Of a DNA stretch of 64,000 nt, positions 41,266 to 52,744 are shown piece by piece. The stretch is from an uncultured Candidatus Rokubacteria bacterium (GTDB lineage Bacteria > Methylomirabilota > Methylomirabilia > Rokubacteriales > CSP1-6). Positions within the stretch are counted from its first letter, which is position 1. Every line of letters starts with the position of its first letter. The notes beneath the pieces were generated by a model. That model made no database searches and was not told where the DNA came from. It was given only the letters and a program-made list of their open reading frames with translations. The position numbers and the translations under genes are program-made. The stretch lies in contig CAVVEU010000024.1 of NCBI GenBank assembly GCA_963747235.1, forward strand, positions 608,001 through 672,000, written 5' to 3'.

Positions 41266-42747
<1,482 letters not shown>

Positions 42748-42778
42748 TCCGCTCGCGTCATCTGCTAGGCTGCGTAGC

Positions 42779-42994
42779 ATGGCAGACGACGACCTGACCG
42801 AGAGCATCGTCCGGCAGCACCTGCGAGACCACCCGGGCGAGGCGCAGTGCGCCGCCTGCCTGGCGCGGGACCTCGCCCTGCATCCCGGCAGTACGCTCAG
42901 CCGGATCCTGGACGACCTGGCCGAGCGGCGGCCCCCCTTCGCGCCCGGCCGCTGCCGGTGCGGCGCGGATGGGCTCATGTACGTGCTGCGGTAG
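42779..42994 (+). CDS. Small Cys-rich hypothetical protein (71 aa)
   Basis: CAAC and CRC motifs; TGcTAGGCT 7 nt before the ATG. Confidence 0.6.
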   Translation: MADDDLTESIVRQHLRDHPGEAQCAACLARDLALHPGSTLSRILDDLAERRPPFAPGRCRCGADGLMYVLR

Positions 42995-43030
42995 ACGGCC
43001 CGGGCCCGTACGGCGCCCGGGCCGGCGGGC

Positions 43031-43423
43031 TCAGCGACCCAGGACCTTGCGCGCCTTGGCCGGATTCCCGCCCACGGTCACGACGGCGACGGCGGCGCCC
43101 CGGCCCGCGGTGGTGGCGTAGATCGATCGCACGTTGATTCGCTCCTTGGCGAGTCGGGCCGCGACCCGGGCGAGCGCGCCGGGCTTGTTCCGCAGCCGCA
43201 ACGAGAACGCGGTCTCCTCGCTGAACCGGTACCCGGCCTTGCGGAGCGCGCGCCTCGCCTCGACCGGGTTCTTGACCAGCAGCCGGATCTTCCCGCGGCC
43301 GGTGACTTCGGCGGCGCTGAGGGCCGTGATGTTGACGCCGGCGTCGGCGAGCGTGCGGGTCAGCGTGGCGAGCGTGCCGGGTCGCGACACGAGGCTGAGC
43401 GTGAGCTGGGTAGTCCTGGGCAT
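43031..43423 (-). CDS. Tandem ACT domain protein
   Basis: SRPGTLA...GVNI and NKPGALA...INV. Confidence 0.85.
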   Translation of the reverse strand: MPRTTQLTLSLVSRPGTLATLTRTLADAGVNITALSAAEVTGRGKIRLLVKNPVEARRALRKAGYRFSEETAFSLRLRNKPGALARVAARLAKERINVRSIYATTAGRGAAVAVVTVGGNPAKARKVLGR

Positions 43424-43544
43424 GCAGTCCTCCTGGTGAGCGGTTCAGTGCTCTCTATCGAGTGAGGACACTCTAACCAGGGAGCCCCCGCTTGGGGGAA
43501 AATTCGTGATCCCGTCTCGCCGCGCGTGCTACGGTCGATCGCGC

Positions 43545-44430
43545 ATGCGCTCGCTCACGCGTGTCCTCGCGCCGCTCGCGGTCGTCCTGCTGGGCTGGAT
43601 CGCCGATGCCGCTCCGGCTGCGGGCCCAGGCCACGCCGCTCACCCTCGTCTTCACCCCATCGCGCGATCCGACCGCGCTCAAGGACGCGGGGGATGCCTT
43701 CGCCAAGACGCTGGCCGAGCTCTCGGGGGTGCCGGTGCGCGCGCTGGTGGCCTCGGACTACGCCGGGGTGATCGAAGCCCTTCGCAGCCGGCGGGTGGAC
43801 CTGGCCTTCGTGCACCCGGTGGGCTATGTCCTGGCCAATCGCGAGGCGGGCTGCCGCATCCTGGTGCGCGACATCTGGGGCGGCAAGACCGCCTACACCG
43901 CCCGGTTCTACGTGCGGAAGGACCGCGGCATCCGGCGCGTCGAGGACCTGCGCGGCAAGACGGTGGCCTTCGTGGATCCCGCGTCGTCCTCGGGCTACAT
44001 CTATCCGATGGTGCTGCTGATCAAGCAGGGCCTGGTGCGCGAGCGCGATCCGAAGACTTTCTTCAAGGACGCGCTCTTCAGCGGGACGCACGAGGCCGCG
44101 CTCCAGGCGGTGCTCCACGGGCGGGTGGACGCGGCGGCCTCGTTCGACAAGGCGCCCGAGCTGCACCTGAAGGATCCCGCGCTGATCGCCCAGATCGCCT
44201 TCGTCGGGGAGACGCCCGAGATCCCGGAGGCGGGCATCTGCGTGCGGCCGGGGATCCCCGACGAGACGGTGGCGAAGCTGAAGCGCGCGCTCCTCGCCAT
44301 CAAGGCGCCGCAGCACGCGGCGCTGCTGAAGCAGATCTACGACATCGACGGGTTCGTCGAGGCGGACGACCGGGACTACCAGCCGGTGCGCGACGCCATG
44401 CAGCTCATGAACCTGAACCCGCCGAAGTAG
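43545..44430 (+). CDS. phnD: Phosphonate/phosphite ABC substrate-binding protein; apparent frameshift near 43625
   Basis: DYAGVIEALRS..VDLAF, DPASSSGY, FSGTH. Confidence 0.8.
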
Positions 44431-44432
44431 TC

Positions 44433-45484
44433 CTAGCCCCCGGCCGTGCGCCGGAACGCGTAGAAGGTCGCCCAGAGCCGGAGCAGGTCCGCCAGCCCGG
44501 CGCGCGTGTCGGCCTCGACGTGACCGACCGCCCCCACGATCGCGGTGCGCACGGGGCGCCCCGCCGCCCGCGCCGCCGCGTCGAGCCGCAGGCTTTCCGT
44601 GAACGGCACCGCCGGGTCCTGCCGCCCGTGAATCAGGAAGAGCGGGGCGCGGAGGCTGCCGATCCTCGGGCCGGGGGAGAGCGCGTCCAGCAGGTCCCGG
44701 GTGCTCCGGGGCAGGGCCCGGATCCGCTCGTCCACCGCGGCCGGGTCGCGATTGTCCACGAGGCGCCGGCCCGCCTCGTCGAGCAGCTCGGTATTGGCGC
44801 GCGCGAACTGGGCGATGGCCGGCTCCAGCACGCCGGCCGCGCGGCCCGCCACGTCGCCGAACGCGTAGGCGCCGGTCAGCGTGTAGCGCAGCAGCTCCAC
44901 CGCCGAGGCATACCCGCCGAGGGCGAGGACGGCGGAGAGCCGCGGGGCCAGCGACGGATCCGACGCGGCCAGAAGCGCCGGCCCCGCGCCCAGGCTGATG
45001 CCGAGCAGGGCCACGCGCGTGTGCCCGGCGGCACGGAGCGCCTCGACGCTCGCGGCCACGACCGCCGCGTCCTCCGGCCGGAGCCGCAGCACGGTCAGGC
45101 CGTCGACCGTCGGCACCGCCACCGCCCAGCCCGCCCGCGCGAGCAGCCGGGCCGCGTCGCGCAGGCGCGGGTCGTCCTTGCCCTCGGCCGAGAGACCGTG
45201 CACGAGCACGAGGCCGGGCGGGCGTCGCAGGGCGCTCGCGGGCGTAGAGATCGAGCGGCACCGGGCGCCCGCCGGCCGCTGCGGCGAGCGCGCGCGTCAC
45301 GGGCTCACGCGTGAGCGTCGAGAGTGGCCGCCAGCGCTTCCCGTCCGACGAACTCGGCGAGGAACGCCGTGGTCAGGATCAGCGTCGACGCGCTCGCGAA
45401 GAACGGGAGCGCGAGCAGAACGGCCAGGGCGAGGCGGCCGGCGGCGCTCACCCTCGAGGCGTCGTGCCCGGGTACGTCAGCCAC
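44433..45484 (-). CDS. Alpha/beta hydrolase with N-terminal membrane anchor; frameshifted
   Basis: LVHG, GISLG nucleophile elbow, HGRQDPAVP, GH. Confidence 0.75.
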
Positions 45485-45617
45485 GCGCCAATGATCTGAA
45501 CTCGCCGGACCGAGCGCAACCCCGTGCCGGGCATTCTTCCGCCGGAGCATCAGGCAGGGTGCCCATTCGAATCCGGATCGATGCGTAGATTATCAGTAAT
45601 TCCGCCTAGTTATATCG

Positions 45618-45632
45618 TGGCACTCGTGATGC
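45618..45632 (+). promoter_or_regulatory. sigma54 (-24/-12) promoter
   Basis: TGGCAC-TCGTG-ATGC (GG-N10-GC) after an AT-rich tract. Confidence 0.65.
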
Positions 45633-45660
45633 TCTTCATCGGGGCAGAGGAGGACATGAC

Positions 45661-46125
45661 ATGAGCACGACGACAGTCCGGGTCCTGATGGGTACCGTGA
45701 TTACCGCGGGTCTCCTGGGTATCGGTGCACTCGAGGTCGTGAGCGAGCGGGTCCCACCCACGGTCGTCCAGGGAGCACTTGACGGCAAGCCAGACTCACC
45801 ATCGGCGTATGTCGCGGACCTGGAGTTCCGGGAGGAGCCCGGCCCGAGCCCTACCCAGATGAGCGGTGCCCTTCAAATGGGGCGGAATACCGTCCTGAAC
45901 GTCGATCCCGCAGCTCGGCGGTTCCTCTCGGTGACGGGCACCGGTCACGTACGCCTGTCGGAAGTGAGCAAGGGAACGCTGGTGGTGACGGAGGAGGCAC
46001 GGGCAGCTAGCCTGGCGCTTCTGAAGCCGGGAGACGTCATCAGGGTCGAGTCCCCTCACGGAGGGATGCAGCGGATCGTTGTGCTGCGGCGCGGCTGGCA
46101 GGAGTTGGAGAGTCCGGAGAAGTAG
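45661..46125 (+). CDS. Hypothetical exported protein (OB-fold-like C-terminus)
   Basis: GAGGAGG RBS, N-terminal hydrophobic helix, LALLKPGDVIRVE. Confidence 0.65.
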   Translation: MSTTTVRVLMGTVITAGLLGIGALEVVSERVPPTVVQGALDGKPDSPSAYVADLEFREEPGPSPTQMSGALQMGRNTVLNVDPAARRFLSVTGTGHVRLSEVSKGTLVVTEEARAASLALLKPGDVIRVESPHGGMQRIVVLRRGWQELESPEK

Positions 46126-46129
46126 CGGC

Positions 46130-46161
46130 GGCCGGCCGTTACTTAGGCCGGCCGTTACTTA
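46130..46161. repeat. 16-bp tandem duplication
   Basis: GGCCGGCCGTTACTTA twice, overlapping the methyltransferase stop codon. Confidence 0.8.
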
Positions 46162-46784
46162 GGATTGACGCACTTGATGAGGCGCCAGCCGTTGAACAGG
46201 TTGACCTTGGTGGTGATCTCGGGGACGAGGCCCACCTGCCGCAGGAGCGGCTCGAGCGGGAGGTTCGACTTCCACCCGAGCCTGGTGCATACCGGGGCGA
46301 CCAGATCCTCGAGGCGTCCGACCGCGGGGCGCTCGCTCCGGAAGTGGTTCAGGAGCACGATATTCCCTCCCGGCTTCACCACCCGCTTCATCTCGCGCAG
46401 CACGCCCACCGGGTCGGGCACCGCGCTGATGGTATAGGTGGCCACCGCGGAGTCGAACTCGCCCTGGCCGAAGTCCATGACGGTGGCGTCCATGGTCTTG
46501 AGCGTGACGTTGCCCAGCCCCAGCTCGACGATCTTGTCCTGCGCCTTCTCCAGCATCTCCTCGGACAAATCGATCCCGGTGAGCCGGCAGTTGGACGGGT
46601 AGAGGGGAAGATTCAACCCCGTGCCGATGCCGACCTCGAGCACGTTGTCTCCAGCCTTGATGTCGAGCAGACGGATGGCGGCTTCACGACCGGGATGGAA
46701 GATCCAGTCGAAGACGAAGTCATACGCGGGGGCGTACAGCTTGTAAGCCCGCTTGACCTGCCTTTTCTCCAGCGCTGCGTCCAA
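46155..46784 (-). CDS. Class I SAM methyltransferase, PmtA-like phospholipid N-methyltransferase
   Basis: AY..YAPAYDFVF, VLEVGIGTG, AVPDP, RVVKPGG, NHF; TTG start follows GGAGG. Confidence 0.8.
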   Translation of the reverse strand: MDAALEKRQVKRAYKLYAPAYDFVFDWIFHPGREAAIRLLDIKAGDNVLEVGIGTGLNLPLYPSNCRLTGIDLSEEMLEKAQDKIVELGLGNVTLKTMDATVMDFGQGEFDSAVATYTISAVPDPVGVLREMKRVVKPGGNIVLLNHFRSERPAVGRLEDLVAPVCTRLGWKSNLPLEPLLRQVGLVPEITTKVNLFNGWRLIKCVNPK

Positions 46785-46895
46785 TCTGGCACCCCTCCAG
46801 AAGTCGTGGCCGATTGCCCAGCCTTCGCCCTTGTAGCATAGGGTGACGCGAGTTGCCAAGTGCTTTCTGACCTATTGATCTGCAAGGGGAAAATA

Positions 46896-48060
46896 CTACA
46901 GATCGGCCTCCCGGCAGAGCCGACCGAGCACCCGCTCGGCCGCGAAGGATTCCTCGGCAATCGCGCGCGCCGCCCGGCAGTGCCGCGCGTAGTCGCGATT
47001 CACCTCGTCGAGCGCCGCGGCGGCCTCCTCCACGGTCTCGAACGCGAGCAGACCCACCCCGGTGGGCACGAACTTGCCGAAGCCCGTGTCCTGAGTGACG
47101 ACCGGTTTACCCGCCGCCAGGTAGCAGACGCTGCGGTCGCTGAACCACCCGCTCCGCGTCCGGACCACGAGGTCCTTGGACACCGTGAACTCCCCCCGGG
47201 AGCGCTCGATGTGGCGCTGGTAGGCGGCGAGGTCGCGGGAGGCCTCGAACGCGTTCGTGAGGAGCCAGCCGTTCCGGGCGAGCAGGTCCCGCGTTGGCTC
47301 ATCGTCCACTTCGAGCGCCAGCTCCAGCGGCTGGCGGGTCCGGGTCGGCAGGTCGGCCACCCGGAGGAAGTTCATGTGCTTGGACCAGTAGTAGGTCTCG
47401 CCCCGGAACCGGATGTCCTTGCCCACGTTCTTCCAGGTGGCCACGGTCGTGAACCGCTCGGCGGCGGGCATCACGGTGGCATCCCACAGGTCGGGGATCA
47501 CGGGCGGCCGCGTGGTGCGCCAGGCGAACTTCTCCAGCGGGATCGGGCAGTCGGGCTGGCCCAGGTTCTCGCCGTAGGTGAAGTGGTGCGTGTGCTCCTC
47601 GAGCGCCTCGATCGCCCGGCGATCGCCCTCGGCGACCCGGATCTGCTCGAAGACCGGGTCGGTCTCGACGTAGATGCGCACCGGGCACCGGAGGTGCTCT
47701 TCCTTGAGCTCGCGTGGCCCCGCAGACGTTCAGGAGCCCGTCCGCCTCCCGGTAGATGTCCCGGACCCGCTCCCGGGAGAGCCCGTGGTAGGTGCCGGTC
47801 ACGCCGTCCACGTAGGCCCAGCGGTCGGCGAGGCCGAAGCGCGCCATCATGTCCGCGAGGAACGCCACGCTGTAGCTCGAGTCCTCCACCACGCTCTTGA
47901 CCCGCGGGTCGTACGGATGGGCCCCCGAGTCCTCGACGTAGTAGACGTCGTGGCCGAGCCGGGCGAGCCCCAGCACGTAGTGCACCGCCTGCCAGCCGAT
48001 GCCCCCCAGGGGATAGCGGCCGGCCAGGTGCAGGACCACCAGGCGCTTACGGGCGGGCAA
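46896..48060 (-). CDS. Glycosyltransferase-like protein (GT-B, Glyco_trans_1_2/CgeB-like); apparent frameshift near 47715
   Basis: YVLGLARLGHDVYYVED, SRGEFTVSK, SGWFSDRSVCYLAAGKPVVTQDTG. Confidence 0.75.
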
Positions 48061-49835
48061 GCGGATCCTCCTGCCGGTGGGACTCCGGCCCCCCGTACAT
48101 CGCGGCGAACGCGCCCCTGCGCGCGACCAGCTCGGCGAGCGTCCCGTGCTCGACGATCCGGCCGTCCTTGATCACCACGATCAGGTCGGCGGTGCGCACC
48201 GTCGAGAGGCGATGCGCGATGATGAAGGTGGTGCGGCCGGCCTGCAGGCGCTCGAGCGCCACCATCACGAGGGCCTCGGTCTCGGGGTCGAGCGCCGAGG
48301 TCGGCTCGTCCAGGATCAGGATCGGCGAGTCGCGCAGGATGGCGCGGGCGATGGTCAGCCGCTGCTTCTCGCCTTCCGAGAGCGTCACGCCCTGCTCGGC
48401 CACGCTCGTATCGTACCCCCGCGGGAGCTTCGCGATCATCTCGTGGATGCGGGCGGCCTTGGCCGCCGCGATGATCTCCTCCATCCGGGCGTCGGGCCGG
48501 CCGAAGGCGATGTTCTCGCGCAGGCTCACCGGGAAGAGCAGGGGCGGCTGGAGGACCATGGCGATCTGGCGGCGCAGCGAGGCGAGCCGGTACTCGCGGA
48601 CGTCGCGGCCGTCCACCAGCACGCGGCCGCGCGTCGGATCGTAGAAGCGGGGCAGCAGGCTCAGCAGCGTGGACTTGCCGGCGCCGGTCGGCCCGACCAC
48701 CGCGACGCGCTGGCCGGGCGCCACGCGCAGGCTCGACGCCGCGGATCAGCGGGCCCCCGGACGGCGCGTACTGGAAGTCCACGTCCTCCCAGACCACCTC
48801 GCCGCGCGCGCCTGCCTCGGGGAAGGCCCGGTCGCCGTCCGGCAGGTCGCGCTCCACGTCGAGCACGTCGAGCACCCGCCGCACGCCGACCCGCGCGCTC
48901 TGGGCCAGGCCGTAGACCTCGAACATGTTGTTGATGGGCCCGTAGAGCGCGGCCAGGTAGCTGATGAACACGACCAGGCTGCCCACCGTGAGGGTGCTGT
49001 CGAGCACGTGACGGGCGCCCACCCACACCACCGCGGCGGTGCCGAGGGCGATGACCAGGTTGACCACGCCCGAGTAGAACGTCTGGAGCGTGTAGAGGCG
49101 GAGCCCGGCCGCGAGGCTCCGCTCGCTCGCGGTCATGAACCGGCGGTGCTCGTCCTCCTCACGCGTGAAGGCCTGGATGACCCGCATCGCGCCCATCGCC
49201 CGCTGCACCACGCCGAAGACCTCGCTCTCGCGCTCCCGCATCTCGCCCGCCGCCGCGCTGATCTGGCGGTTCAGCCGGCCGATGGCGAGCAGCAGGAGCG
49301 GGCAGACGCCCAGGGCCAGGAGGGTGAGCTCGGCGTCGAGCTGCACCATGACCGCCGACATCCCGACCAGCAGGATGAGCGCGCTGGCCGCCGGGAACAG
49401 GCAGTTCATGGTGAGCGCCTGGAGCGCGAAGGTGTCCGCGGTCACCCGGTACAGCAGGTCGCCCGCCTGGGCCCGGCTGTGGAAGGCCATCGAGAGCCGG
49501 TGCAGATGGGCGTAGAGATCGCTGCGCAGATCCCGCACCATCCGCTGCCCGATGCGGATGGTGGTGATGTTGGCGAGCACGTTGGCCGCGCCGAGCGCCG
49601 CGTAGATCACCACGAGGGCCGCGCAGGCGCCCAGGAGCAGCGCCCCGGTGCCCAGGTCGGCCGCCACGCCCCAGGGCAGGGGCGCGCCGCCGAGCACCGT
49701 GTCGATGATCAGCTTGAGCGGCCAGGGCTTGAGCAGCTCGAGCGCGCTGATCAGGCACACCTGGGCCAGCGCCCAGAGCATGCGACCCCGGTGGGGCCAG
49801 ATGTAGCCGGAGACGCGCCGGGTGAAGCCGCTCAC
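48047..49835 (-). CDS. ABC exporter, fused permease/ATPase (MsbA/NdvA-like); apparent frameshift near 48735
   Basis: LKPWPLK transmembrane domain, GPTGAGKS, LSEGEKQR, ILDEPTS, IAHRL. Confidence 0.9.
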
Positions 49836-52396
49836 TTCACCACGGCGTCACGCACGTCGAGCGGCGGCGCGTAGTGGAGCCGCGCGCGGCGCGCGACGCC
49901 CTGGAGCGCGTCGTAGAGCGTGCGCCCGAGCCCGATCGCCTCGCGGAGCAGGCCCGCGCCCGTCCCCACGCCGGCGGCCACGCCCGCCGCGGCCAGCATG
50001 GGGAGCCCGAGCGTCAGCCCGGCGCCGGCCATCACCGCCGCGCCCACCAGCACGCCGCGGGCCAGCCGCGAGGTCCGCAGCGCGCACCGCACCCGCAGGA
50101 CGCGCCGCTCGCCGCCGTGATTCTCGGTGCACACCTTGATCCGGCCGCGTGACCAGACCCCACCGTGCGCCTCGAGGTCCCACTCGCTCCAGCCCTGGTC
50201 CACCAGCACGAAGTACTTCCGCCGGGCGAGCGCGTCCACGAGCCCGTGCAGGATCGTCTCCTTCTCGAGCCCGTCCTCGGTCCAGAACGCGGCCGAGAAC
50301 GCGCGCTGCCCCCACGACCAGGGGAGGGCCTGCATCGGCCGCTCGGACTCCGAGGGCTCGGCCGCGGTGAGCCCTCGCACCCACCAGCGATAGCGCTCGA
50401 GCGAGCGCAGGAGGGGCCCGAAGTACGTCAGGATCGCGATGAACAGGCGCCCGCGGAGGCTGTCGGCCACCGGGTCCACCCGTGCCCGCATGGCCGCCCA
50501 GAGGCAGCAGGCAAACGAGAGCATGATCGGCGCCGCGCCCAGCCAGGCCCAGCCGCCGCGCGTGGCCCCATAGGCCAGGAGCAGGGCTCCGACCAGGTTC
50601 CACTCGAGCGTGAAGGGCAGGTGAGAGACCACGGTGGACGGCGGCTGGTAGAGGGTCTGGAAGAGGCCGCGCCCGAAGACGCCGCCGTAGATGATGGGCC
50701 GGCGCAGGGAGAAGAGGGCGGAGATGCCGCCGTAGATCCGCCCGCGCCAGCGCGAATAGCCCAGCGCGTTGAAGCGCTGGGGATGGCGGAAGTAGAGCAG
50801 CGCCTCCGCCTTGCCGTACCCCTTCTGCTGGCCGATGTAGGCCTTCATGGTGTTGCGCCGGAAGTGCCAGACCATGGCGGCCGGGCTGAAGCCGATGCGG
50901 TAGCCGCGGTCCTGAAGCCGCCAGCACACGTCCACGTCGTCGCCCGCCGAGCGGTAGATCGGATCGAAGCCGCCGATCTCGTCGAGCACTTCACGCCGGA
51001 ACGCCATGTTGCACCCCGGGATGTGCTCGGCCTCCACGTCGTCGAGCAGCACCTCCAGCGGCCCGCCCGGCGAGGCGGCCACGCACGCGGCCACCATGGA
51101 GTCTTCGGGCGGCGGCAGGTTGGGCCCGCCCACCGCGGGGAGCCCGGTCTGCAGGAACGTCGCGACCAGGTAGTGCAGCCAGTCCGGATCCACCACGCAG
51201 TCGGAGTCGGTGAAGGCGACGATCTCGCCGAGCGACGCCGCGATGCCGACATTGCGCGCGGCGCTGAGCCCCTTGTTCTCCTGGTGGATGACGTGGAAGC
51301 CCTCGAAGCCGTCCGCGATCGTGCCGGTGCGGTCCGTGGATCCGTCGTCCACCACCACGACCTCGAAGGCGGGATAGCGGAGATTGCGCAGGGACTCGAG
51401 ACAGGCCTCCATGGTCGGCTCCGCGTTGTAGGCGCAGATGACCACCGAGACCTTGGGGTACTCGGAGAGCGCGGGCAGCCCCGGCGTGCCGTACCAGCGC
51501 TGGACGGCCTGGAACGCCGGCTTCTTGCGCCGCTCGCGGTCCACGAGCCCGAAGGCCCAGTTGGCGATGTCGCAGCCGCCGGTGTACCACTCGTCGGTGA
51601 ACGAGAAGACCACGGTGCCCGCCACGCCCATCTCGAGCGCGGTGTGCACCTGCCACGACAGGGTCGAGGCCTGGACGACCTGGCCCTCGCGGATCGAGTC
51701 GATGCCGAACTCGGTGAGCACCAGCGGCCGGTCGCCCGCCAGGGTGTGCAGCCGCGAGAGATACTTCCGGAACTCGGGCTCCGAGTGCAGGTAGACGTTG
51801 AAGGCGAGGAAATCGGTGAAGTCGGTCTCGAGATATTCGGTGGACGGGTAGTTGGCGTAGCCGACCAGCGCGGTGGGCTCCATCTGCTTGATCAGGCCCA
51901 CCAGCTCGCGCAGGAACCCGGTGATGCGCGGGGCCCCGTACCAGCGGACGATGTCGGACGGAATCTCGTTGCCGACCAGGAAGGCGCCGACCGCCGGGTG
52001 ATCCCGGCAGGCCTCCACCACGTCCGTGACGGTGCGCCGGACGGAGTCCGAGATCTCCTCCGAGTCGAGAAAGCAGATGTGCTCCGCCCACGGGATTCCC
52101 ACGAGGACCCACAGGTTTCGCTCGGCGGCCATGTCGAGCAGCCAGCGGGGCGGAGGGGTGAAGAGCCGGAGGCAGTTGGCCCCCAGCTCGGTCATCAGGG
52201 CGAAGTCCCGCTCGACGACCTCCGGCGCGGGATATCTATAGCCATCCGCGTCCGGGGCAAAAGGGCCGTAGGTGACCCCCCGGAGCGGAACCTTGTCATC
52301 TCCAGCGAAGAAGAACTTCCCGCGAACTTCCAGCCGGGCGCGGGAGCCGGCGGGCTGCGCGCGCCGGATGGCGCGCGACCTCGTATCGAGCCTCAC
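49832..52396 (-). CDS. Glycoside hydrolase (GH2-like TIM barrel) fused to GT2 and a C-terminal membrane domain
   Basis: RGVTYGPF, VGNE, LTEFG; VVDDGS, TDSD, GCNMAF, GDDVD, QQKGY; GTG at 52396 follows AGGAGG. Confidence 0.88.
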   Translation of the reverse strand: MRLDTRSRAIRRAQPAGSRARLEVRGKFFFAGDDKVPLRGVTYGPFAPDADGYRYPAPEVVERDFALMTELGANCLRLFTPPPRWLLDMAAERNLWVLVGIPWAEHICFLDSEEISDSVRRTVTDVVEACRDHPAVGAFLVGNEIPSDIVRWYGAPRITGFLRELVGLIKQMEPTALVGYANYPSTEYLETDFTDFLAFNVYLHSEPEFRKYLSRLHTLAGDRPLVLTEFGIDSIREGQVVQASTLSWQVHTALEMGVAGTVVFSFTDEWYTGGCDIANWAFGLVDRERRKKPAFQAVQRWYGTPGLPALSEYPKVSVVICAYNAEPTMEACLESLRNLRYPAFEVVVVDDGSTDRTGTIADGFEGFHVIHQENKGLSAARNVGIAASLGEIVAFTDSDCVVDPDWLHYLVATFLQTGLPAVGGPNLPPPEDSMVAACVAASPGGPLEVLLDDVEAEHIPGCNMAFRREVLDEIGGFDPIYRSAGDDVDVCWRLQDRGYRIGFSPAAMVWHFRRNTMKAYIGQQKGYGKAEALLYFRHPQRFNALGYSRWRGRIYGGISALFSLRRPIIYGGVFGRGLFQTLYQPPSTVVSHLPFTLEWNLVGALLLAYGATRGGWAWLGAAPIMLSFACCLWAAMRARVDPVADSLRGRLFIAILTYFGPLLRSLERYRWWVRGLTAAEPSESERPMQALPWSWGQRAFSAAFWTEDGLEKETILHGLVDALARRKYFVLVDQGWSEWDLEAHGGVWSRGRIKVCTENHGGERRVLRVRCALRTSRLARGVLVGAAVMAGAGLTLGLPMLAAAGVAAGVGTGAGLLREAIGLGRTLYDALQGVARRARLHYAPPLDVRDAVVK

Positions 52397-52566
52397 GGTC
52401 CCAATCCTCCTTGGACACCCCTGACGGGGGCCCATAGTTGTGGTCGTTTCAAGACACTCGGTGGGGGCGCCCGTAGCGACATCCAAGAGGCTGGGGAGCG
52501 ATTCCACGCCGAGCGCCGAGTACGGAGATGCCCGAAACCTCAGGCTTTCTCCACGGTGGAAGCATC

Positions 52567-52581
52567 GCAACCGCCATGCCA
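52567..52581 (-). promoter_or_regulatory. sigma54 (-24/-12) promoter of the glycan cassette
   Basis: Minus strand TGGCAT-GGCGG-TTGC with an AT-rich region upstream (52610-52720). Confidence 0.7.
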
Positions 52582-52744
52582 GGGGGCGTCATCGCCGGCG
52601 GCCGGCTACTTTATCAGAAGTCGTGATTTTTCAGCTAGTCCGGCACCTGGAAAATGTTGCGGGGTCCTCCGGAGGGAAGCAGTTTGCTTCGTTTTTACAC
52701 GACCGAGGAGTAAAAGTTACCAGCCCGTGTGGCCGTCCGGCCGG

